Source: Auanema rhodensis
Taxonomy: Eukaryota; Animalia; Nematoda
Reading direction: 5' to 3'
DNA: 64,000 nt
Assembly: GCA_964057225.1 (NCBI GenBank)
Contig: OZ059894.1
Location: forward strand, 6,882,001 to 6,946,000
How positions within the stretch are numbered: position 1 is the first letter of the stretch; each line of letters begins with the position of its first letter. Of the stretch, positions 52,801 through 64,000 are shown piece after piece. Below the pieces are notes generated by a model. That model searched no databases and was not told the origin of the DNA. It saw only the letters and a program-made list of their open reading frames with translations. Position numbers and translations under genes: made by a program.

Positions 52801-55800
52801 TACCATTGCCGAAAATTTTACCTTCTTCCCATGTTTCTTCGTTTACTTTGTTCTCAGAATCTCATGCTTTCCGACAAGATTTGAGGACGGAACAAGAGAG
52901 AAATTGAGACGAAATCAGTAGATCATGTGCTTGGCATATATTATATTATATTTTGACGAATCTTCATCTCAATTTTCCAACCGTTCAGAATGTTGTCACT
53001 GTTGTTTTTTTTTGTTTTTTTTTTATTAAACTCACCTGGCTCGTTCCTAAAATTACGTTTTGTTTGTTTCCTTCTCTCATAAAACTATAGCAAGAAGACA
53101 TGTGAGAATTAATGAAGTTTTTCCGCCTGATGGAATAGTATGCTGGTCAGCAACAACTTCAATGTTAGCTTCTATTCTCCCGTTAAAGCTCATCCATGTA
53201 TATAAATAAATTTGAGTAGTTTCATTGCTAAAATAACTCTATGTTTACGAGCTGACAGTTTCGAATGATAGTACTGGATAAATTGCTTACTTTTCTTATT
53301 AATAATCCAGTTTCTTAGCAGCTTAGGTTCGTTTCAGGTTTTTTTTTCTCCAATGTTGTTGTTATGTACTTCATTTCGAATTTCTTTTTCTTGCTTTAAT
53401 GAGATATTGCTTTCCGTTTCATCTCTAAAAATATCATTAACTAATATTTGGACTCGAATAGAAACTGACCATCTAATACTATTTAGCGTCGCTTTTATCC
53501 TCTCCTTGCTACACATGCCTACATGTTGATTTGTTCTTAGCTAAGTATGATGTCAGTTGTTCAAACAGATCAATTCAATCCTCCTAGATTAAGTAGTGCA
53601 TCGTTTATTTCTTTATTTGTTTTCTTCTAATCTATCACAGTTTTTTTTTATTCCAATTTCGATTAGTTCGTTGGACCCTCTTTCATATAAAATCGCTACG
53701 ATCATGTTAGACAACCACTCACCAGCCGCCATACTTATTCAATCAAATACCCTTTGATTTTGAGCAAGCACTCAGTGAGTCAATTCTCTCTCTCTCTTGA
53801 CTCATATACAAGTAAAATATTCAAACTGTTGCATTTCCTTTCTTCTTCTTCTTCAACCGAGAGCCAATAATAGAAAAATCCTATTTATGTTTTCCGCAGT
53901 TATTGTGCTGCGGTTATCAGTACTGTCAGTAGCATTCCTCGATTTATCAATTGATTAAAAAAACTCGGTGGCTATTGGGCGGCAATACTGGACATTCGAA
54001 CTATTTTTCTTTAAAACCAACAACAAGTTCTTTTTTCTCTCGCAAATCTCTTTTTTCACAGATTTTAAATTTTTATTTTTTTTTGATTTGTTGAATGACA
54101 TTCTACAGAATTATTTGTTTTTCATGATGACTTGATTTCATATTAATTGCCAGTTCTCATCTTTTTCAATGTATTTTCTAATATTTTATTTGTTAAACAT
54201 ACTTTATTCCTTATTGAATACAAAGATCTGTTCAGTTCTGTTTTTTTTTCTCAATTGAATCAACTTTCTTTCTGGTATATTTGCTCCATGTTCTATATTC
54301 AATTGAAACATTTTGTTTTTTTGCTTCTGAACATAAATTTTGAGACCTGATCTCTCATCCTGTTATTTCCTTATACATGAATTTTCAGTTTTATCACCTT
54401 CCGCTTCAAATGAAAATGAAATGTAATGCTACAGCTTATACCTTTTACTTATTTGGCATCATTGAATCTTCTTCTCATATTTTTTTTCTTTAAAATAATA
54501 TTCTTACTCTGACAAAAATTGGAATATATTTTCATGTTTGGGAACTTTAAAAGCCTTATATATCTACTTTTCCCATCATTTACGTTATATTTATTGCTAT
54601 GAATTCATTCAATTTAATTGTATATTACCATGTGTGATTCATTTTTTCCGACTGTCACATGAAAAAAGTCTGATGCTAAGGTATTCACTTGTTTCTCTGA
54701 TGTCTTTGAGTTGCTTTTCGTTATGTGGGTCACCCTGACCAATCGTAAAATACACGGTTTGAGAAATGGCGATCTCCAGGGAGTTCTGCTTCCATTTCCT
54801 CGACTTCCGGCTCTTTTTATTGCTCAGCCTCGAAAGGAAAAAGTAACGTTCATTCGTGAATAATCTGAGTAAAATGACTTAAACAGACATTTTTTATCTT
54901 GAAATTATTTATTTTTTGCTACTGTTATATGCTTAAGTTCACTTAATTATAACATTGTATATGCGTACTCAATTCCTTGCCATCTTCGAGCTGTTACTCC
55001 CGGGAGGGAGATGACAAGGTTATAGTTAGGTTGCTACGACTCACAACATCTTTAATGAGCTTGCATAGTATTCTCCTGCACATCTTGACCAATATATAAG
55101 ACAAAGAGGCTAACTAAGACCGATTTGAGAGAAAATAAGAGGAGACTTAATCGTAGTCGTGGAGTTGAGGGTAATCTCTATGTGCTCGCCAAACATTATA
55201 TGATTGAAGCGCATACGCCTACAGGTCGTTGACGCTCTTTAATTCAAACTTTCCTTAAAGTCCATAGTTGTCTATGATTTTTATCTTTTTTTCACGCTAC
55301 ACAAATGTTTCCGAATTCTCTATTTTCTCAAAAATCCACAGTACATTTCAATATTTAAGTCCTTACTTTCTCAACGATTGTCATATGATGCTTCTCAAGT
55401 TATCTCAACTGTCGAATGATTAACATTTTCGGACTTTGGTGTCTACAGTTTTCTATATTCAATCCCAAAATCTTATTCTGTCTATTATCGAGTACATTGA
55501 CATAAGTTGTAGCTATGTGTCTGACTGCGAATAATCGAGTCATCTCGCAAAGCAAATAGACACTTGAACGATTTTTAGATAATTGAATTTTGGTCCAAAC
55601 ATTAAGCTATCTATATCCTATTTCTATTATAATTGAAAGAGATTACACAGGCTACCTATCTGAAAAAGCTGAAACGGCGAAAGCCTTGTACGGGATTTGG
55701 TTTCCGGGCAACGGGGAACTGCTCTCTCTACATGCAAGTCAGTGTTATATTTGATAAAGCGGAATACGTTGTAGGAATCTCAAAATATTTTTAGTGTCAG

Positions 55801-56318
55801 ATCCTGTTCTTTTTAAATTGAGAAATTTGTAGTTTTTCTTACGTTTATGTTGTTTGTTATGATTTCTCATTGCTCATGTACACATGACGCGATTTGATCA
55901 TATTGTAAGCTTTGATAACCGCATATTATTCGAATAATATCACTTTTCTTGGAAAAAAATGTAATCATGTCCATACGGAAATAATAAGAACATGAATTTA
56001 TTTATTTAAAACTTGGATTTTCTAAAGCTCTTGCACTTTCTTTTAGGCAATTGTAAATGATACCATTTACAACTCTTATTTAATTGTCTTCTATTTAATT
56101 TACCCTTTTACTTGTTCACAATTTTTTTATAATATTTATCAAGGTGTCGACAGCCTAATTGGTTGAATTACGTAGTTAATTATCCTGTTGGCAAGTATAT
56201 TAGGATATCAATATATAACTTTTCTCTTTGTAGTTTCAATTTATAACCATATATAGTGTTAATATATAAGCTCTTGATAACTGACTTTGCTTCTCATTCT
56301 CATTCGATCCATGACAAC

Positions 56319-59300
56319 ATGACTCAGCATGTACCACATTCAGGCGATGATATGATGGAGGACAAAGAATCTGAGAAGGAAAAGCTTCTGCCAGCTAATG
56401 AGCTGCCGAGAGCATCGTCTACAAGATTTCAAGTTAGTTCTGTTTTACATTTCAACTATAGTTTGTATTGTGCTAGTCTAACTTGTTCAACCACCTAACC
56501 TTGTGCCTTTGATGTGAAACATAAGCGGTCAACTGTTCTCTTTAAAACTTTGTTGTTTACATTCAATCCTCTGATTTGTTTTTGATGAAAAAAAGCACTA
56601 GCTTTATTCATAAATTCCCGAAAGAACTTTCGAATTTACCCCCATGTTATCTCTTTTTTTTTGGTGAAACCCAATGTATTTCGTTTATAAATATATATGT
56701 ATAGTTACAAGCATTTTGCCTTTGCTTGGACAAAAAAAAACATGTATCTGACTGAATCAATTCTTTTTGGATCTACGAAAACGAATATCCATTTCTATCA
56801 TGAATATTGTCGTTTGAATTGATTTGTTCAGCTATGGCATTTTGATTATCTCTGCTCCAAATCCATTCCGGAGGCGCCAAGCTAAGCTTGAAACTTGGCG
56901 CGCACGATTTTTACGTACTGACCATGCATAATTATTGCTCCAAAAAAGTAATTATCGATTTTACTATCTTTGGCATGCCAATTAAGCAGTATTAGTACAC
57001 CTATAATATTCCCTAGTTTCCCAGCTTTCTGTTTCACATATTCTTTCGTACGAAAAAATCATTATAACTAGGTGGAGCTAGACTTGCCCGATATGACTAC
57101 GGTACCACCGCGTAAGAACTCGCGGTTCCAGGTGTCCCGTCTGCCCCAAGCTGAGGACCACGAAGATGAAGCTGCCGTTGAAAATCAAGAATCCAAAGAA
57201 GATATCAAGAGAAATTACAGTTCTACTGGTAGATTTATGGTTCGTTTTGTAAAATTTCGTGATGGCATGTAATGCTTGATATATATTTAAGGTGACTTGT
57301 GAAAATGAAGCTGGCTCTAACCCCTCATTACATCAAAAGAGTGAGAGTCCAGAATGTGAAGATGAGGATGAAATTGATGAACTTGACTCTAAACCTACGT
57401 TAAAATCAAAAGGAGTGAGTGTTATTTCTGAAATAATGAAGTTATTATCGAATGAATTATAGGTACACTTTTCTGTTGGTGATAATGAGGGAAAGAGAGA
57501 ACTTTCAGAGACTCATACAACTCTTAATATGAAAAGTTGGAGGTAAGATAATAGTTATAAGGGTTGTCTTTTCATAATTGTTTATTATTTAGAAACATGA
57601 GAACTATTGAGCATCCTCCTATCATGGATTTCTACCGTAATTCGGTTGATGTAGAATTCAGTTCTTCACGTCCATCAATGGCTCAACTAATCCACGGAGA
57701 GAAATCAGTTCCTGAAGATATGGCTTTTGAAGATTTCAAGGTATTTGTTCAATCTTAATCTTGTAATAATTATTTATTTACAGATTCATAATTCTGAATT
57801 AGTTGAAGGCCATTCCACACAGGATGTAAGGTCTAAAGTAGAAAAATTCAACCCACCCCCACAACAAGTAAGGAACTTTTCTCTCTATAGTATAAAAATT
57901 GAACACCTTTACAGGCTAGATCTAAATTTGGATGGGTTGAAGGAGTATTTGTTCGCTGTCTCTTAAATATTTTTGGTGTTATGCTTTACTTGAGAATTAG
58001 TTGGGTTGCTGGTCAAGCTGGAATTGGTATGGGAAATAATTTCAGTTTATGATTTATGCCATTCTTTTAGGTCTTGGATGCGCTATTGTTCTTTTGGCTT
58101 CTTTTGTGACGTTGATTACAGCTATATCTACTTGTGCTATTTGTACTAACGGAGATGTTAAAGGCGGTGGTGCATATTTCTTGGTATTTTTTGAATAAGG
58201 AAGGTGAAACTGTAATTATAAATGTTTCAGATATCTCGATCTCTCGGTCCCGAATTTGGTGGCTCTATTGGTCTCATTTTCTCTGTGGCTAATGCTGTTG
58301 GAGCTGCAATGTACATAGTTGGTTTTGCAGAAACAGTCAGGTATAGGCAAACGTTTTGTAATAGCCTATTAAAATTTTTTCAGGGATTTATTGAAAGAAA
58401 ATGATATGATAATCATTGATGGAGACATGTGGGATGTCCGAATTATAGGATTTGGTAAGACTTCTTAATTAATATTATCTGATCGTCGTTTTATAGTCTC
58501 ATGCATTTTACTAATGGGAATCGTTTTCATTGGAACTTCATTTGAATCAAAAATGCAGATGGGTTTACTAGTAATTCTTTTACTTTCTGTCGTCGATTAC
58601 GTTATTGGATCTTTCTTTATTCCAACCGATGAAATGATGAAACGTGGAGCCACAGGCTATAGCAGTATGTCTCGTAACTTCTAGACTCTTAAAAAAATTC
58701 GATTTACAGTGGATACATTCAAGGAAAATTTCATGCCTAGCTTCAGAGATGAAGACTTTTTCTCTGTATTTTCCGTATATTTCCCAGCTGCCACTGGAAT
58801 TATGGCTGGAGCTAATATTAGCGGTGACTTGGCTGATCCCCAGGTTTTAGAAATAATGCCAATTCATAGTTTTATCTTAAATTCAGAAAGCTATTCCTAT
58901 TGGAACACTGTTAGCTATCGCTGTTACTACTGTCATCTACATTTTCATTGTGATTATGACTGGAAGTACTTGTGTTCGGTAAAAGTTCCTGTTCAGTATA
59001 CGCTTTCAATTTTATTTTTCAGCGAAGCTGATGGCCTCACGTATCCAATGTGGAATGGATCTTCCTTCCTTGCTCCAGATTGTTCTGCCAATGGAACTTG
59101 TGCTTATGGTTTAATGAATTATTTCCAGGTTTGTAGTTGTATTTCCAATTATTTTTGACGATTTAATTGTTCTAGGTTGTGGAAATGGAGTCTTGGTGGG
59201 GTCCTCTAATCACTGCAGGAATTTTCGCAGCTACTTTAAGTTCAGCTCTTGCCAGTCTTGTTAGTGCTCCAAAAGTTTTCCAAGTAAGACCATCCGAAAA

Positions 59301-62201
59301 TTGAATTATTATGAAATTACTAATTTCAAGGCTGTCTGCAAAGATAGACTCTTCCCAAAGATTGGATATTTTGCTAAATCCTATGGGCCAGATGAAGAGC
59401 CCCGTAGAGCTTACCTCTTGGCTTTCATTATTGCCTTCTCAATGATCGGAATTGGAGATTTGAATGCTATTGCTCCAATTATCTCCAACTTTTTCTTGGC
59501 GTCTTATGCGTTAATTAACTACGCTTGTTTTGACCAATCATTTGCCGATTCTCCAGGTTTGTACAATTGATTTTTAATAATTACAGTATATATCATTCTA
59601 GGATTCCGACCAAGTTTCAAATATTATAACATGTGGGTATCTCTTGCTGGTGCCATTCTCTGTATTGTTGTTATGTTTGTAATCAGTTGGGTAACTGCTC
59701 TGATTACATTCCTCTGTTTCGCCGCAATCTTCCTCTACTTACTTCATCGGAAGCCAGGTAAAACCAAAACTTATTCATATTGTATCGTATCATATTCAGA
59801 GGTTAATTGGGGTTCATCCACTCAGGCCCACAGTTACAAAACTGCATTGGCTGGAATGATTAAGCTGGCCAATACTGAAGAACATATCAAGAATTATAGG
59901 TAAAAGAAAGTTAATTTTAATTTTTATTATGTAGTACTGTTATAGACCACAATTCCTTGTTTTGACTGGTAACCCTGCTGCACGTCCATCTTTGGTTGAT
60001 TTTGTTTATAATATAACCAAAGGAACCTCTCTTATGGTTTGTGGCTATGTTGTCCCAGTAAGTTTCGTTAGAAGTCTCAGAAATCTTTATCTTTTTCCAG
60101 TATCATCCATCTGATCGTGTATATTCCGTTATTCGTAAATTGGACCATCAATTAAATGAATGGTTGAAAAAAAGAAAAGTGAAGTCATTCTATACTTCTG
60201 TTGCTAATCCAAGTTTAAGAGCTGGAGCTCAATCTCTTCTATCGGTATGCTCATGATTACTGTAATAATCATAACTCTTCTGTATAGATTGTTGGGTTAG
60301 GGCGTCTGAGACCTAACATCGTATTCGTAGGATTCAAATGTAACTGGTACATGGGTGGTCCAACCGAAGAGCGATTATATGATCTTAACGAATATTTTGG
60401 AACAATTCAGTACGATTATTCGTATTTAATGAAAGTAATAACATAAGTGTTACAGAGATGCTTTTGATAACGGTATGGGTGTATGTGTTCTCCGCAATGG
60501 TGACATGGGTCTCGACTTCTCCGAAGCTATGAAGATGTTGAATGTTGGGGAAAGTGACCGCTTCAAATTGCCAGATGTGAACAAGGACGATATAAAAAGG
60601 TAAAGTTGTATTAAAGCTTCTCAATAATAGCAACATGTACAGCTCTCCCGAAGTCAGTTCTGAAAAGAACGAAAAAGAATTGGAATCAAATGGTGTAGCC
60701 AACCTGGTAGTAAACGAGACTGATGAGAGTTCAAGTAAGAACATTTATCTCTTTTTTGGATAAATAGCATTGATTTGTTTTCTAAATATTTAGCATTACA
60801 ACATAAAGATAGCGCTAGAAGTATGGAAAATTTTGCTCGCATGAGCCATCATTATATAGAGGGTACATTAGATGTTGTGTTGTGAAAAACTGTTGTGTTT
60901 ATAAGCTCTATTTTACAAAATTTAAAATTTGCGGCGCCTTTTTTGTTCTATATTTATATATAATTTCAATTATTTTTAAATTTCAATTTTATTTAGCTTC
61001 CAACTCATTGGCTGATAATTTCCCATTCGAAGATGAGGTATTAAATTTAATCTTTAACTTATTCTTTTATGATTGTAGGAGCAGCCAAATGAAAATGGGG
61101 AAGAGGATCAGACTCCAGAAAACTCATACGATGTTGAAAACGGACAACCAAATGTTAGCGATGACTTTAAGCGTCAGCATACTTTCTCACTGCGTCGTAG
61201 AAAGTAAGTTCCTTGTTATCTGTTGTCCCTTGGGGGAATTAGTCTTCTGTCTTTATCTTTAAAGGTTTTTTGAAAAAGTCAAGCGAATTTCACAGGATAC
61301 CAAGTATGTCAATTGTAGTGTTGTGGTTGTCCTGTCATACATGCTTTTATATATTCAGTTGCTTGTGTTACATAATTATAATTTCCAGTTCTCGCAGACC
61401 AACGATGGAACAGAAAGCTCTTCTTGCATCCATTTGTCGTTTCCAAAGAAGAGTCTCTAAGCCCGTAAGTTTGAGTTTGACTTTTGCCTAATATATGTTT
61501 CAAAAATTCAGGGCACCATTGATGTGTGGTGGCTTTATGATGACGGTGGACTTACTCTTCTTATTCCTCATTTATTAACTATTCCTAAAAGTTATCTGGA
61601 GGTAAAATTAAGACGTTCTGTTTTCTTTTCATCATCTATCCATTTTTAGGGTTCCAAACTTAGAGTTTTCACTATTTCCACTAGTACCAGAACTATGGAG
61701 CAAGAACAAAGAGGAATGGCCGCCCTTTTGTCTAAATTCCGCATTGACTTTTCGGATGTTTCTGTGATTGCTGATATTGGAAAGAAGCCTATGCCTGATA
61801 CGTAAGTTATATTTGAAAATTTATGAAAATTTCAAATTTATTTGTAGTATGGAACGATGGGAGAAACTTATCAACCCTTGGATCGCACCAGATGGTGAAT
61901 GTCCAAACGGTATGACCTCGAGAAGTGAGCTTGATGCTCAGAAAGAAAAAACTTGGAGACAATTACGTGCCGCTGAATTACTAAAGAAGCATTCCCAAAA
62001 TGCCGATTTGATTGTTATGTAAGTTCAAGAAATTTAATTATTAATGACAACTTGCTAATTCACAGGACTCTCCCCGTACCACGTAAAGGTCTTGTAAGTG
62101 CAGCTTTGTACATGTCGTGGCTTGATATTATGACTCGTGGCTTACCTCCCACATTGTTCGTACGCGGTAATCAGACTTCCGTTCTCACTTTCTATTCTTA
62201 A
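56319..62201 (+). CDS. nkcc-1: Na-K-Cl cotransporter (SLC12 family), multi-exon
   Basis: [123 protein letters not shown]-terminus [13 protein letters not shown]. Confidence 0.95.
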
Positions 62202-62498
62202 AATATTTGATTGTTTTGTGTTATACATATACATTTTCTCTATTTTCTCAACAAATGCTCATTCCATTCATTATTGACCGTAGATCATAATATTACCACA
62301 TCCGTTGGCTTATTTATTTTGATAGAAAAAAAGTGAAATTATTAATAGATAACTAAGATTGAGCATGTTCACATGAAATGTTGTAATTTAACCGTGATCT
62401 TGTTAATTCGTGCCTTCTAGATATTTTTGTTGTTAATTTTTTAAAGAGATATAGTAATCATAATAAATTTATTGAATGATTTATTGTTCTTAAAAAAT

Positions 62499-63216
62499 TT
62501 ACAGAAGATCTCTTTCTTCCTTGGGGAAGATGGTTTCAAGGTTCAATACTCCAATATCGAAGATTTTCTTAGGGACTCCTCCGGCGCTGATGTATTTGTC
62601 GGGAATTCTGAACTTAACTTTACGTTGTCCGGGCTGAAATAATATAAAATTAAAAGGAATGAGTTGAATGCTGATACCTTGATTCCATCATCGCAATCGT
62701 GGTATACCTTGAAGACGGGATCGATGTTGGTCAGTTCTCTCTCAGATCCTTGAAGTTGGAAGCTTCCATCAGTAGCCGTGTATCCTTCGTCAAGTACATC
62801 ATCTGGATCAGGTCCTGAACAAAGAAATAGTTGATTTTTCCCCAGTGTATTTCTGACCATCATCTTCATCCCACAGCTTAACCTTCACACCACTAGCTGG
62901 TTGGGGTCCGCACATAAGACGTCCCTTGACACCAACCGCCTGAAAATTCGACTATTTTGAAACAATACAACACCTTTGGGAATATGTCTAGTATGCAACC
63001 GTTTGAGCACGGAAAGCAAATTAAAATGAAATGAACATAACTTTCAAGTTCAATTAGCATTCAACGAGTGAATTAAAATATTAAATTATATATTTATAAG
63101 AATAATCGTATATAAAAACCAATTTTATTTAATTTTAGATTATATAGATCAAATTCTACCTGTTGTCTCATGGCAACAGTGAAGCCGAACAAGGCAATCA
63201 GAATAAGATACCGCAT
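62499..63216 (-). CDS. Nematode transthyretin-like (TTR-52 family) secreted protein, 4 exons
   Basis: MRYLILIALFGFTVAMRQQAVGVKGRLMCG...VKLWDED-GPDPDD...NIDPVFKVYHDCDDG-PGQRKVKFRIPDKYI...IGVLNLETIFPKEERDLL*; TTTCAG acceptor immediately before the ATG. Confidence 0.93.
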
Positions 63217-64000
63217 CTGAAATGATAAAAAAATGAAATATCTCAAGAATATAAGACATGAATGAAACAAAATCTCAAATGAAATGAGCTATTTATCCAA
63301 AGGATTATGCAAGAAAGTAAATGTAAGCAGATCTAGCAACCTATCAGACTGAATAGCAAGATGAATTTACACTTGTTTTATTCTCTACAGAAAACACAGC
63401 TGTTAGTAGGGATGGTCCATATGTTGTGTCATCACTTCAAGATGGGGTTTTTCTATTTTTACAATTTGATCAACAATGAAACAAAGAACAGCTGTATTTT
63501 TACATAAACGATTGAATGTTGAATCTTGTCAGATTCCTTTTCCTTTATGTTTCTTTTCTTTAGTTTTTCTTTAAAATGCTATGATCAGAGATGAATATAT
63601 ATACAAAAAATTGGGACTTTTCTTGAATAACATCACAGTAAAATGGAATTTATTAAGTTGATCATGCATACTACGATGCGACGAAGGTTGGACACGTACC
63701 GAATTGGACACGTACAGAAGTCATTATTTTGATTTATATAGCTATATATAAATATGTTTCTTTATGTATTTATATAATGCATTCTCATTCTGGCGTTGGT
63801 ATTGTTTTGAACGAGAGCTTGAACAAAATTTAAAAGTATTAAATGTATCAGAGAGAGCACTCCCACTCGCAGAGATGAGACTCTGTATTTTCAGGTAAAA
63901 AACGCATGCGCTCTAATGTTAACTCCAAACGATACCAGCCCCCTCATTCTTCTTATTTGTAACTTTGCTTTATTTTTTGAAATAACTTTTAGAAGCAAAG

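Noticed and set aside
47000-56250. Many short ORFs upstream of nkcc-1, and a weak hairpin near 49385-49445
   Set aside because: Low-complexity F/L/I/K-rich translations with no motifs or consistent splice structure. The hairpin is too imperfect to call a pre-miRNA. Most likely regulatory or intronic DNA, though small alternative first exons cannot be excluded.

Overview
AT-rich eukaryotic DNA, very probably from a nematode: introns are mostly about 45-55 nt with TTTCAG-type acceptors, there is a transthyretin-like gene, and the tRNA-Ile is of the nematode type. The first 10 kb is a tandem tRNA-Ile(AAT) array (161-bp unit) invaded by LTR retroelements. Element A is a minus-strand Ty3/gypsy element running off the left edge and inserted into the anticodon loop of one tRNA. 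It has a truncated gag, then a transmembrane helix plus PTAPP remnant in frame just upstream of protease-RT-RNaseH-integrase, which suggests a gag-env-pol order. Element B is a 4.2-kb non-autonomous element with two apparently identical 413-bp LTRs, an ATAA target-site duplication 34-37 bp upstream of the same tRNA, no pol, no obvious polypurine tract, and orphan ORFs. A and B have dissimilar LTR sequences, yet both use a tRNA-Gln primer-binding site and both have non-canonical TG...CG LTR ends. The rest of the window holds intron-rich host genes: a receptor tyrosine kinase, a CPG4-domain membrane protein, a Ly6/three-finger GPI protein, alpha-1,6-fucosyltransferase, an EGF-repeat membrane protein, an amino-acid transporter, two tandem terminal nucleotidyltransferases at operon-like spacing, an NKCC cotransporter and a transthyretin-like protein. 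A dispersed (TTCACG)n...CGGTTGCAT motif recurs in non-coding DNA. All gene models and alignments were made by eye; no searches were run.
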